DNA of 64,000 nt from Okamejei kenojei (Eukaryota). Location: positions 95,790,001 to 95,854,000 of the forward strand of contig CM069133.1 in the NCBI GenBank assembly GCA_035221665.1, in the 5' to 3' direction. The translations under genes and the position numbers were made by a program. Shown here piece after piece: positions 50,403 to 63,012 of the stretch. Under the pieces are notes generated by a model. The model made no database searches, had not been told where the DNA came from, and worked only from the letters and a program-made list of their open reading frames with translations. Every line of letters starts with the position of its first letter. Position 1 is the stretch's first letter.

Positions 50403-51188
50403 AACTGAAAGCAGGTGTTTAGCAGTAGTAAAGGTTTCCATTTTGAAATGTTTATACTGTACAAAGGGGTTAAAGCTCATCAGGTCGAGGATGATTCTAC
50501 ATCCTCCATCTTTCATCACGTGGGATTTGCTCCCCCACAGATTCGGTGTCAGGATAATCCTGACCCGTCAAACTCCCCTCCTCCAAGAAGGAGCTATGGA
50601 GCAACCCTATTCCAGGCGCTGCTGGCACAGGCTCTCCCGTAGGCCAGCGCGGATACCACCCCTCCTCCGGGTGTGTATCTTGATGGAGCATCCTCTCCAA
50701 CAGGAGCTCCACTTTGGATAACTGTGTCAAAAACGAAATCCTTTTCCGGAGGGGAACCCTCCTGACCCGACTCAATGGGCCTTGCAGACTTTTTGGTAGC
50801 CTTGCACCCCAACAGCATGGCCATGGTGCTTAAAGGCACTGAGTCTGCAGGTGGTGGCCTCCCTGCCACCGACTGACTAGGTGAACTCAGTGGGCGCCCG
50901 CTCCCCGCACTCCCGCGGTCTGTCATCTTACTGGCGGCGTGCCTCGCCTTCACCGCTGTTGCTTTCTGCATTTATTTTTTGAAGTAAACTTGCTCCTCAC
51001 ACACAAGCCTGCAAGAAAAAGCGACCTCCAATCAAGTGTTTCACTTACCTTGGGGATTTTAAACTTACCGCTGGAGGAGCTCTGCTCCTCCTAACCGGTC
51101 GCTGCGCCAGTGCGTCTGACGTTAATGATGTGCATGTGGTCTGATAGGGTCGTCTTCACATAGTCACTCACGTGACTCTGAAGTAAAA

Positions 51189-51515
51189 TGGATGTTTCCT
51201 GTAAGGAGAGAATCTAGGACCAGAGGGAACAGCGTTAAAATAAAAGGGCGTACCTGTACAATGGAGATGATGAGGAATTTTGTTAGCCAGAGGGTTGCGA
51301 ATCTGTGGAATGAATTACCATAGACAGCAGTGAAGGCCAAGTCATTGGTATTTTTAAAGTAGAGATTAATATGTTCTTGATTAGTAATGATGTCACAGGT
51401 AACAGGGAGATGGTAGGAGAATGGGATTGAGAAAAAAAATAGATCTGCCATAATCAAAAGGTGCAACTGACTTGATGGAGCAAATGGTCTAATTATGCTC
51501 CTATGTCTTATTAAC
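51189..51515 (+). mobile_element. CR1 3' end, right half
   Basis: RNFVSQRVANLWNELP-like text and a HER1-type 3'UTR. Confidence 0.82.
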
Positions 51516-51599
51516 ATGAACCATCTCTCCCTCTGGTTCTACATTTCACTCTTCACCTTCCTTTCCTATCACATTTCACCACATGCATCCTACTGTCAT

Positions 51600-53385
51600 C
51601 TCCCTGTCACCTACCAAACATATTTCCACATACCTTGACTCCATCCTATCCCCCCTGGTTAAATCTCTCCCTACCTATGTTCAAGACACCTCAGACACTC
51701 TCCGCTGTCTCCAGGCATTCCATTCCCTAGGCCCACATCCCCTCATCTTCACTATGGACGTCCAGTCACTCTACACCTCTATCCCCACCAGGAGGGTCTC
51801 AAACCCCACCAGTTCTTCCTCGACCGGAGAACCAACCAATCCCCGTCTACAGATACTCTCCTCCGCTGGTCCTTACCCTTAATAACTTGTCGTTTGACTC
51901 TTCCCATTTCCTCCAAATACAAGGCGTCGCTATGGTCACGCGCATAGGCCCCAGCTATACCTGCCTCTTTGTAGGGTACGTAGAACAAACCTTCTTCGAG
52001 GCATACCACGGCCCCATCCACGAGCTGTACCTCCGATACATCGACGATTGCTTTGGTGCTATCTCCTGCACCCACACACAACTGACTGACTTCATCCGTT
52101 TCACCACTAACTTCCATCCCGCACTCAAATAAACCTGGACCATTTCCGACACTTCCCTACCATTTTTTGACCTCACTATCTCCATCGCAGGTGATAGACT
52201 TCTGATCGACATCCACTATAAACCCACTGACTCCCATAGCTATCTAGACGACATTTCTTCCAACCCTGCTTCCTGCAATGACTCCATCCCCTACTCCCAA
52301 TTCCTCCATCTACGCAGCATCTACTCCCAGGATGAGATGTTCCACACCAGGGCATCAGAAATGTCCTCATTCTACAGGGAACGGGGGCTTCCCTCCCCGA
52401 CTATAAATGAGGCTCTCACCAGGGTCTCTTCAATACCCTGTACCACTGCTCTCTATCCCCATCCCCCCACTCGTAACAAGGGCAGGGTCTTTAGGCACAA
52501 TTAAAGCATGGAATAGTCTTCACCCTACCATAGTTACCCAACCAGATTGCAACTAAATTTAAGGTAGCTCTTTCTTCCCAAAAGCCCTTTCTGGCTTAAG
52601 TCCTCCCTCCACCACTCCAGTTTAAATTCCATTTGGAATATTTTGGAGGACCAAGAATCCAGGAACCAAGAACCTTACACCCCACTTGCCGTTACATACA
52701 GCAAATAGTCATTTTCGCCATCTCCAACGTGACCCCACCACCCGCCACATCTTCCCATCTCCCCCCCCTGTCAGCTTTCCGCAAAGACCGCTACCTCCGG
52801 AACTCAATTCTTCCCTTCCCTCCTGCACTACCCACTCCCTGGCCACTTTCCCTTGCAACCGCAAGAGATGCTACACTTGTCACTTTACCTCCCCCCTCGA
52901 CTCCATTCAAGGACCTAAGCAGTCGTTCCAGGTGCGACAGAGGTTCACCTGCATCTCCTCCAACCTCATCAATTGCATCCACTGCTCGAGATGTCAGCTG
53001 ATCTACATTGGTGAGACCAAGCATAGGCTTGGCGATCCTTTCGCCGAACACCTCCACTCGGTCCGCATTAACCAACCTGATCTCCCTGTGGCTCAGCACT
53101 TCAACTCCCCCTCCTATTCCGAATCCGACCTTTTTGTCCTGGACCTCCTCCATGGCCAGAGTGAGCACCACCGGAAATTGGAGGAGCAGCACCACATATT
53201 CCACTTGGACAGTTTGCACCCTAGCAGCATAAATATTGACTTCTCCAATTTCTCAAACAATGACCCCCCCCCCCCCCCCCTACATCAGTCTGAAGATGGG
53301 TTTCGGCCCGAAGCGTTGCCTATTTCCTTCGCTCCATTGATGCTGCTGCACCCGCTGAGTTTCTCCAGCACTTTTGTCTCCCTAT
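51600..53385 (+). mobile_element. Penelope-like element (Neptune-type): RT, Cys linker, GIY-YIG, pLTR
   Basis: FTMDVQSLYTSIP, QGVAM, LRYIDDCFG; PCNRKRCYTC...CIHCSRCQLIYIGETKHRL...EHLHSV...VAQHFNS...LEEQHHIF; pLTR with degenerate hammerhead 53286-53375. Confidence 0.93.
52488..52675 (+). mobile_element. Short LINE 3' end inserted in the PLE
   Basis: TIKAWNSLHPTIV (xTIxxWNxLP C-terminal motif) and (CCAAGAA)n-like tail; interrupts homology with PLE 23165-23200. Confidence 0.6.
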
Positions 53386-53617
53386 CACCTCCAGCCTTGG
53401 TTATTCTTTCTACCTTCTCTCCCCCACATGACTCATCTGCTAATCTAACCCTCCTTACCTGAATCCACCTATCACTTGCCCACTCTTGCTCAGCTCTTTA
53501 TCCTCAACTCTTCCTCACAGCTATCTCTCCTATACTCCATCTGTGTGAAGAAGGGTACAACTCAAAAAAAAATCTGTCTTTTTCCCTCCAAGGATGTACC
53601 CTGACTCGCCAGGATCA

Positions 53618-53990
53618 TCATAAGATCATAAGATCATGTGATAGGAACAGAATTAGGCCATTCAATCCATCAAGTCTACTCCGCCACTCAATCATGGCTG
53701 ATCTATCTCTCCCTCCTAATCCCATTCTCCTGCCTTCTCCCCATAACCTCTGACACCTGCACTAATCAAGAATCTATCTATCTCTGCCTTAAATATATCC
53801 ACTGACTTTGCCTCCACAGCCTTCTGTGGCAAAGAAGTCCACAGATTCACCACCCTCTGACGAAAGAAATTCTTCCTCATCTCCTTCCTAAAAGAACGTT
53901 CTTTAATTCTGAGGCTATGACCTCTTGTCCTCGACGCTCCCACTAGTGGAAGCATCCTTTCCACATCTACCCTATCCAAGCCTTTCACTG
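53618..53990 (-). mobile_element. CR1/HER1 3' end
   Basis: ORF 53716-54018 (GLDRVDVERM...RTRGHSLRIK...FFRQRVVNLW); CATAAGAT tail. Confidence 0.9.
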
Positions 53991-55420
53991 TTCCTCCAGC
54001 AATTAGCTTTTTGCCCAATACACTATACTCAGCTTGGCTCCATGGAAGCTGAGGGCACAGGTATCATTTTGTCCATTACACTATGCAAAATAGGTTTTGA
54101 GTGTTATGGTAGTCCCGTCTACCTTCTTCGATAGATAGTCATTTGTTTTCTGTGAAGAACTGCAATATCCAACTGCATAGCTTAAAAAAAATCAGATGCA
54201 GAGGCTGAAAATGTTAGAAGCTAGAAGATGAGATTGAGCATTATTTTTTACATTATTTCAAGGAACTCTGAGAAGAACATAATGTGGTGAAATGACTTGG
54301 TGAATTCTTAATGTTCAATTTCCAATTGCATTTTCACACAATCCTTTTGCTATTTTAACAGAGGCAGAGGCCTATTTGATTCAAAAGAGCAAATCTTTCA
54401 TTTGCTAATTACACACTTTTGTTCCATTTTGCCACAGTATTGATTAAAGAAGTAAAATGAAAGCGTGGCAATAATGAAAGCTTTCAAAAAATGAGGGGAA
54501 ATGGGCAAAATTGGAAATCTGGCCTATTAAACTTAACTCATAAAATGATACCAAAAATATATGTTGAACAAACTACAGCAGAAAGCAGTTAACAGGAAAG
54601 AAAATAAGTTTTGGTGGAAGATTGATGTGCTGCAAGTTGAAGTGACAGCTTCTTTAAAATCACTTAGAAGCTCTGCACTTTTCACCAACCTCTTCGAAGG
54701 GACTCCAATCCAGGATCAAAACAGCTTTTGAAGAGATGAGAGATGTGCAATAAAAGTAAAAGCAGGGCTATGGTCAGAAACAATCAAGAAGTGTGGTGCT
54801 TATATTTTGTAGGCTATTGTAAAGAATGTGATTCATTTGAGTTTATATATGTATTGATAGTTATTTTAGAGTGCCTTTTCCAATGTTGCTTTCTTAGAAA
54901 GTATTCTCCCCAGTCTTTTGAATAGTTACTTTAAGCTATTTGAATGCTCCACACAGCTGTTTTCGCACACACACTCACAGAACGTTCTGAATCGACAAGC
55001 AGTGTTTGCAAGGTCAAACCATAGTCAAAACGAACACAAAGTAAATTAAGCGCACAAGCTTTGCAAATGTTTAAACGCAGGTTGGCTCAATTAGAACTGC
55101 TTTTGAATTTTGTATTATATTATCTCCTTCCCTTTCTCGGGATGTTATTTGAATTTTGAGGGGTTGTACAATTAATTCAGTAATATATGAAATGGGAAAT
55201 ACTTGCTGTTTCAGTCAAAGCACAGATTCATTCAGGAGATGGGATAAAATCCATTTGATTTTCTGAATTGAAGTGAGAAAGGTATGAACGGTTATTTTTG
55301 CCTTTCTTTCATTAATGCACTATTCTCTGTCTATTGGATTTGTTAAATCAAAATTGATTTTATGTTCTGTTTCTTTGGTGCAGACTGCTAGTTTAGAATT
55401 CTCATCATCAATCTTTTCAT

Positions 55421-56320
55421 TCAATACAATACAATACAATACGGTTTTATTCGTCAAGTTGCACATGAAGTGCAAGTGAAATGAATTTGCCAGCAGTGGT
55501 ACAATGAGAAAGAACACAAAAAAACACAATAAAAATTTAACACAAACATCCACCACAGCATTCATCACTTGTGGTGGAAGGCACAAAATTTGGCCAGTCC
55601 TCCTCCATTTTCCCCCGTGGTCGGGACCTCAACCCTCCGCAGTCGCCGCTGCGGGCGTCCAGATGAATGAAAGTCAAGGTAAGTCCTGAACCGGTGCCTC
55701 CAAACCGGAGACCGCGGCTTCAGGTTGGTGTAGACTGCAGGCCGGCTGTCGGCGATTTAAAGTTCGCGCCGCAGCCAGAAGCACCGCAGACCACAGGGAA
55801 GGCAGTCAAAGTCGAAGCTCCCCTCCAGGGATTCCCAGCGTGGGACCCCGCTCCCGATGGTAAGTCCATGCCGCGCCTGCGGTTCAAGTTGACCGCGGGT
55901 CGACAATCGGAGTGGAAGCTTCTTCATCTCCTGGGTCCCCAGCGAGGGATCCCAGGATGCAGACGTCGCGCTGGCCGGAGCTCTGCAGATCGCAGATTCA
56001 GGCTGCCCCAGGCCAGCGAACGGAGCGCTCTCCTCTGGCGTGCCCCAGTGAGGGCTGCGCCTGCCGCAGAAGCCCTGGATGCAACTCCGGAAAAAGCCGC
56101 ACGATCCTTGCTGTTATGCCACGGGGAGGTGACATGGAAAATGTTGCCTCTCCGTGGAGGAGGGGACCAAAACGGTTTCCCCCTTACCTCCCCACATCAC
56201 CCCCCACACAAGACACACAGAGAGACATTAAAAACAAACTAAAAAAATTTAAAAAGTTGAAAAAAAACTGACACGCAGATAGCAGGGCTGCCAGTTTGCA
56301 GCGGCCCCACCCGCAATCCG
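55421..56320 (-). mobile_element. Non-autonomous LINE-derived element with GC-rich body and (GTATT)n tail
   Basis: Minus-strand 3' end ...GACGAATAAAACC(GTATT)n resembling Rex1-type tails; CpG-rich interior without a convincing ORF. Confidence 0.55.
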
Positions 56321-56822
56321 TTTTCTGCGTTGGCTCATGCAGTTCAGTATTTTTATTTTGTTACACCAATATCGGCAGCAGTGTGGACTTTCCACAAGAA
56401 TAAATATACAAACCATTGTATTTCACTGATCTGATGAATTTTGGCTTGGTGTAGATATTGTGAGATTTTATTCTTAAGTTGTGATGTGTTATAAACTACT
56501 TTTAGTGATAAATTTTCCACAGGTTTCACAATCCACCAACAGTGAGATGAATGTGTGGAGTTTAGGGGTCATGGTGTAATTCTGCTCCTATTCTCACCCC
56601 GTTACACTGCTTCAATAAAAGCACTGATCAAGCACTGGATCAACTAACTTTATTTTCAGAACACAAACACACTACCTATACGATACCTAACCAACACCGC
56701 GGGTCCGATCCTTGTCTCTACTCGTCCAAGCCCTTCAGCCTGGTGGCGTCTGCCTCCAGATGGTTAGCTTGGTCCCAAGTGCTACCCCCACAGACTCATG
56801 TGCTCTCCCCTTTTATATACTA

Positions 56823-58279
56823 CTAGACCAAGTGCAGACCCACTGATCCCTCAATGCGTTGTGGGGGGGGGGGGGGGTGCTGCGGCATCACAGGCACACT
56901 AACCACCACACATACACACAGGGGGGTGGTGTGAGGGGGGTAGGGGAAACGGGGTGGGGTGCTGCGGCTCCACATGCACACTAATCAACCCCCACCAACA
57001 TGAGGGGGAGGAGGGGGAGGAGGGGAATGAGGGGGGTAGGGGAAGACGGGGTGGGGAGAGGGGAGGGAGGGGAGGAGGGGGAGAGCCAGGGGGAGAGGGA
57101 GTGGAGGGGGAGACCACTGGGTCCCGTCCCCTCAACGTGCGGTTGTGGGTGGGGGAGGGAACCTCTCATGGGGGGCGGGGGCCACTCACATGGGGGGCGG
57201 GGGAGGGGGATGAGGGAGGTAGGGGAAGACGGGGGTGGGGTGAGGGGAGGGAGGGGAGAGGGGGGAGAGCAGGGGGAGAGGGAGTGGAGGGGGAAGGGGG
57301 GGGAAGGGTGAGAGAGAGCAGGGAGAGAGAGGGGGGAGGGAGAGAGGTGGGGGGAGAGAGAGGTGGAGAGAGAGGGGAGAGAGAGGGGGGATTGAGAGGG
57401 AGGGGGAGAGAGGGAGGGGGAGAGAGGAGGGGGAGAGAGGGGGGTGGAGAGAGAGAGGAGAGAGAGAGGGGGAGAGAGAGGGAAGGGAGGGGGAGAGGAG
57501 AGAGAGATAGATAGAGGAGAGGGAGAGGAGATGGGGGGGAGAGGGAGGAAGAGAGAGCGAGAGAGAGAGAGATAGAGGGCAGAGAGAGAGGGAGAGGGAG
57601 AGGGAGAGAGAGAGAGAGAGAGGGAGAGGAAGGGGGAGAGAGAGAGGGCGGAGAGAGAAAAGGGAGAGAGGGAGAGAGAGATGGGAGAGGGGAGAGAGAA
57701 GGGGATAGAGGGTGAGAGGGGAGAGGGAGAGGGAGGGGGGGAGGTGAGGGGGAGAGATAGGGAGGGAGGGAGTGGGAGAGATAAAGAGAGAGGGAGGGAG
57801 AGAGAGGAGAGAGAGAGGGGGAGAGAGAGGGAGAGAGGGGGAGAGTGAGAGCGGGAGAGGAGAGTAAGGGAGGGGGAGAGAGAAGGAGGGAGGGAGAGTG
57901 GGAGAGAGAGGGGTGGAGGAGGAGCGGGAGGCGATGGAGAGGGGTGAGGAGAGGGAGATGGAGGAGGGGAAGGAGAGAGTGGAGGAGAGGGGGAGGGGAG
58001 AGGGGGGAGGAGAGTGGGGAGGTGAGGGAGAGAGGGGGAGGGAGAGGACAGGAAAGGGGGGAGAGAGGGGGAGATAGGAGGGGGGAGAGAGAGGAGGGGG
58101 TAGAGGGGTGAGGGCTTGGAGGGGAGAGGGGGTTGGAGGAGGGGAGAGGGGAGTTGGGCAGATGTGGAGGAGGGGGAAGAGTAGGGGGATGAGAGGGTAG
58201 AGGGGAGGGGTGAGGGCTTGGAGGAGGGGATGGGAGTTGGGGGGGGTGTGGAGGATGGGGAACCAATCGTAAATAGAGA
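56823..58279 (-). mobile_element. Non-autonomous Helitron-like element with a ~1.3-kb polypurine tract
   Basis: CTAGACCAAGTGCAG end shared with 47178 and (reverse) 36355; candidate 5' TC end at 58279; interior is G/A-rich low complexity. Confidence 0.6.
56990..58260 (+). repeat. G/A-rich low-complexity tract
   Basis: Direct observation; explains the spurious Pro/Ser/Leu and Gly/Arg/Glu ORFs. Confidence 0.95.
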
Positions 58280-60384
58280 TCATACAATACATTAATTGAC
58301 AGTTCCCTAACCCGATCACAAAATATCCCATTACATTGTTTCTACAGAAAGTTCTGAATGGAAGACAGTTCCCTTAAGTAAAGAAACATTTTATCAGGTA
58401 ATGTAAACAATTTGGGCAAGGCCCCTCTCCTTAACCAATCACAAACAACAGTGCAAAGACCATGCGACATATTTAACAATAATATTATAAATCACCATTC
58501 CCCAACCAATCGTGATCATGCATTTGCAGCAGGATTCAGCTCCTTCTGCAAAACACTCATACATATTAATAACTAAAGGACATCTGGGCATCACCCTGTG
58601 TTTGACTTCCCCCCAGGCCCCAGACATTCTGGAGCCATGATCCTCATGGTCTTTGCAGCCTTTGCAAAAATATGCCAAGCAGGTTTTGCAAAGGCAGAAA
58701 TCCTCCATTTTGTCAGACACTAAAATGGCCAATATTATCAATGGTACTTGTAATGAATCTTTTTGAGAAGTTTCTTAGAGTAAAAGAGTGAACACAAGTC
58801 CAAAATAGGTGCTGTGCTAACAATACATTGTTTACCACACAATTTTGAACTGAATTATTGACTCTCATGATTTCATGTTGCCTGAAGATACATGAATATA
58901 GTCAAGAAGGGTCACGAGTTAAAAGTATTTTATTGTCATATGTCCCGAAATGGAACAGACATTCTTACTTGCAGTAGCACAACAGATATGTAAACATATT
59001 ACACTGTAAAACCCATAACAACACATATATATAAAAACAAATATATTTGCATTTGCAAACTGACAAATCATGCCTTGCACTTCACGTCCAAATTGTTGAT
59101 ATAGATATCAAACAGCAATGTTATTCAGCAGCTAATGACAGGACAAGGCATCTTGGATATGACACTAGTTGTTCTGAAAGAGGATGGTCAGAGATAGGAA
59201 CATGTCCAGTATCCACAAGAATAAAGCTATCACTTTGCTTTACTTATTCTCCTTCCAGTTTCTCCTTCAACAGCCAATGTTGCTCTGCCTGAAGATCATT
59301 ACTTCCTCCTATTCCTCACCCAGATCAAAAAGAACCCTTAACAGAACCAGTCAGTGCCTCCAGTAGGGTGTCTAAAACCTCAAATGGCACAACACTTGCA
59401 TTTTTCAGATGGCCCATTCCAGAACAAATATTTATTGTTTGTTGCTGAAACTTCGATAAAAGTGGCAGAAAAAGTCTTCCAACGCCTTTTTCAGAGCCCC
59501 AGAAGCAATGATCATGAAGCAATGAGTATCCTTTATGAATTGTTGTTGAAAATAGTTCAATGCCATGTATACTTCCAAACAGCTGGACACCAACCACCAA
59601 ATGTGAGCTGCAGCTGGTCCTGCCAACTGTTTTATTATTAAACGTGTTTAATGCTTCCAAATTTGCTGAAGGCCTCAGAAATTAGCATGATCGGTGGTGA
59701 GGGACTTGTCCTTACTTCAAAGCTCCTGCAAAATCAGTCACAGCCAGACAGGGATGTGTAAATAACCATATATCCCTCAATACACAAAGTCACCATGCTA
59801 TTGTAACTATATACCTGAAATGGCTTGCATAGAAAATATTCCCAAATTAACTAATAAGCAGGAGACCAAATAAGGAAATGCAATATCTATTGGGGTCTAC
59901 TTTTTACCTCCACTGTAACCTGAGAGAATAATTAACTTCAATCCCTTAAGAGTGGTGTCAACAGCTATTTTTGCTGTTCCTCCAAGATTTCCATTGTGGT
60001 AATGCTATGGCAAGAAGATTAAAATAATGATGTTTCAATGCCCATCACCTTTTGGTGATGATGGTTCTCACAGAATTTCTTACATGAGCACCAGTACTGT
60101 TCTGTACTTTTCTTTGAATAGTACTATGAGGATATTTCTGCCCAACAATTTTGGCCACGATATAATATCTCATTCAAAATGTGGCAACTCCAATAGCGAA
60201 TCCGTCCTTCAGTGCTTTTATGAAATATCAACCTAAATTATTCACTTAATTCTGTTAATCATATTAATGTTACTATTTTCTGTTGCCTTTAATTTGGAGT
60301 TACAAATTATGCCATTGATGGTCACTTTTGAAAGATACACTTGGCTGAATGTGTGCTTCGAACCCCACACACACTCTATAGTAT

Positions 60385-60568
60385 TGTGTAGGAAGGAACT
60401 GCCGATGCTAGTTTAAACCGAATAGACACAAAAAGCTGGAGTAACTCAGCGGGACAGGCAGCATTTCAGGAGAGAAAGAAGGGTTTTGACCCGAAACATC
60501 ACCCATGCTTTCTCTCCAGAGATGCTGTCTGTCCCACTGAGTTACTCCAGCTTTTTGTGTCTATCTTC
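60385..60568. mobile_element. Inverted (hairpin) PLE pLTR pair
   Basis: Arms ~60422-60475 and ~60509-60564 are reverse complements; the loop holds a truncated hammerhead AGAAGGGTTTTGACCCGAAACATC. Confidence 0.8.
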
Positions 60569-60667
60569 ACTCTGTACTATTACCTTCTAATTATAAAGTT
60601 CTCAAATAGCTGACCTCTCTTCAAAGCATCACCCGTGTTCTGAAAGTATATATATATATATAGTTCT

Positions 60668-60935
60668 CATAGAAACATAGAAACATAGAAAATAGGTGCA
60701 GGAGTAGGCCATTCTGCCCTTCGAACCAGCACCACCATTCAATATAATCATGGCAGATCATCCAAAATCAGTACCCCGTTCCTGCTATTTCCTTATATCC
60801 CTTGATTATGTCAGCCCTAGGAGCCAAATCTAACTCTCTCTTGAAAACGTCCAGTGAATTGGCTTCCACTGCCTTCTCTGGCAGCGAATTCCACAGATTC
60901 ACAACTGGGTGAAAAAGTTTTTCCTCATCTGAGTC
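60668..60935 (-). mobile_element. CR1/HER1 3' end
   Basis: (CATAGAAA)n tail followed by ATAGGTGCAGGAGTAGGCCATTC, same family as 38703 and 6570-6984. Confidence 0.88.
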
Positions 60936-61918
60936 CTATATGTTCTCTGCTTTTTTTAACTGGGGAGAAATTCATTTGGATGCCGCAACACCAGATATGG
61001 TGTTCCTGAAAACAAATCCACTTTCAGAAAACAAATGTTTTCAACTTATATTGCACCATATCTACGCATTTCAAAATGTATCTGCTTTTGCATGTAACTT
61101 TTTTTAATTTGCAGATGCCACAAAGCTAAGTGATACAATACAATAACTAAGCACATAGGCCAGAAACTATAGAATCAGCAACTTAGTCATGTGCTTGGGA
61201 TAAGTGATGTTGGATGAAAATTAATTCAGACATGTGTTAAATATTTTTATAGAAAGACAAGATTGTTCCTGTACCATCCCTCATTAAAGTTTCAAACATT
61301 GTTTCCATTATCAAGCGTTGGCTTTGATGGGTGTAATTACATATTTTACCCTAGCCTGTTCAGAAATACAGACGACCTTTGTTGCCTTTGAATTGTGCAG
61401 TACGTGACTTGAGTCAGATTGGAAAGTGTCAATTTCTACAATATGAAGCTCCTTCAGATCCCTGGATGAAAATTGCCTGATACCACAGCCTTATCCTGTT
61501 TAGGAGCATAGGAACAGGTCTAAGTTATTTAGCTTTTCGAGTCTGTTCTGTCAGTCAGTGATCATTGCGGATCAATGACCTAAATTCAAATACCTGGCCT
61601 TTCTTGATACCCCAATATTATTTAACCAACAAAAATCTATGCCTCGGCATTAAAATTGACAATTGATCTAGTATCTGTGGGGTTTTTTTTTAAGATATTG
61701 TATTACCCTTTCTGCGTAGATGTGGATTACGTCACAGCGGCACCATGGAATTGATTCCAACACATGTGCATGCAACCCAATGTCCTTATTCATTGTGAGT
61801 TGGTCCAACATGTACAAGCTAAATAAATAACCATGTATAAATAAATTATTTATAATATTATAGGGAAGCCTTCTGCATACTGAATGTACTTTTTCAAAGA
61901 GAGTATTTAGTATCGGTA

Positions 61919-63012
61919 CTAGACTAAGTGGGACCCATTGGGTCCCTGTCACACAGGAGCCTTGGTCCCCAACGCAATGTTCCACCACTCACCCATAGCC
62001 CCCAACTGCACAGGCACAGTTCATTTCACCTCACCTCTAGCACTCTCTCCCCCTCCTCTTCACCCTTACTCTTCTTTCCCCTCTCCTCCTCCCCTCTCCC
62101 AATTCTTCCTCACTTCTCTATCCCTCTCCTTTCCTCTACCCTCAGTCACTCCATAACTCCTTTCCCCTCCCTAGCCCCTATCCCTCTATCTCCAACCACC
62201 CCCACTCCTCACCTCCCCTTATCCTCCCCATTATCCCTCCTCACCTCCCCCATTGGCCTCCTCTCCCTCTATCCCCCACTCACTACCTCCTCCACTCCTC
62301 CCCTCCTCTCCCTCTATTCCAAGCCAGGGCTCGGATCCTCGGCTCAGCTCGGAAGCATCAGCAGCTACGGTCACGCTGGTGTGTGGGGGGAGGTGAGGGG
62401 TGCGTGGGAGTGGGGGGAGAGCTGGGAGAAAAGACGGGGGAAGAGACATGGGAGAGGGGGGCATCACGGGGGAGGGAGGCAGGAGCCAGTGAGGGTGACC
62501 AGAGGGGCAGGGCTGGAGCTGCGGGGCATTGTGATGGAGGTGCGTTTGGGATGCACAGTGGATGTTGGACGCTCTCCTCCGCCAGGATCAGGCTCTCCGC
62601 TTTCCGTTTGACGACATGTCCGACTCCGGGCCGGCTGGACCAGGCTGATTCCGGACCCTCCGAACATTATGTCCGGTTGGAGACTTCCGCCGGCCACTGT
62701 CAGCTCCAGTAAAGACGTGATGGTACAGGAATGGGCGGACCATCCAGGGGAGTGACAGGAGAAGAGACCAATCCACACGGCGCTGACTGGCATGGGAGGG
62801 GATTGATCTGCGCATGCACGTTTTTGTACAATTTTTAAACCTCGCTAGATTTTACAATATACTACCGATCGGAATAAAACGTGCTGCATTTGCAGCACAG
62901 GAGAACAATGAGTGAGCTGACGGATAATTGTAGCGCTTTCGCATATAGTTTTTGCGCAAATAGAAAAACTGTGCAAACCGGAAGAGCACAAGATCAGAGT
63001 TTTAGTTGTGCA
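61919..63012 (-). mobile_element. Non-autonomous Helitron, tandem copy 1
   Basis: CTAG end plus perfect hairpin GGGACCCA t TGGGTCCC; far end ...AGAGTTTTAGTTG resembles the family 5' end. Confidence 0.75.

Larger units (their letters stand above)
46737..51188 (-). mobile_element. DIRS1-type retrotransposon C, internally deleted, with three nested insertions
   Basis: Right terminus 46737-46830, ICR ~46945-47055, YR (48075-48584 and 47346-48065 with HSTR...W...Y), MT/RH/RT pieces 48572-50510, gag N-terminus 50594-50971, left ITR ~51125-51188. gag joins RT directly at ~50515. Confidence 0.95.

Noticed and set aside
55667-56271. 191-aa and 119-aa ORFs, CpG-island-like
   Set aside because: Lie antisense within a repeat with a tandem tail; the ORFs reflect GC content.
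56899-58331. Long ORFs of 186-381 aa rich in P/S/L or G/R/E
   Set aside because: Products of the purine/pyrimidine low-complexity tract, open on both strands.
59325-60236. Short ORFs on both strands in unique sequence
   Set aside because: No recognisable domain or convincing paired splice sites.
61928-62815. Overlapping ORFs up to 227 aa
   Set aside because: Inside a non-autonomous Helitron with biased composition; no Rep/helicase motifs.
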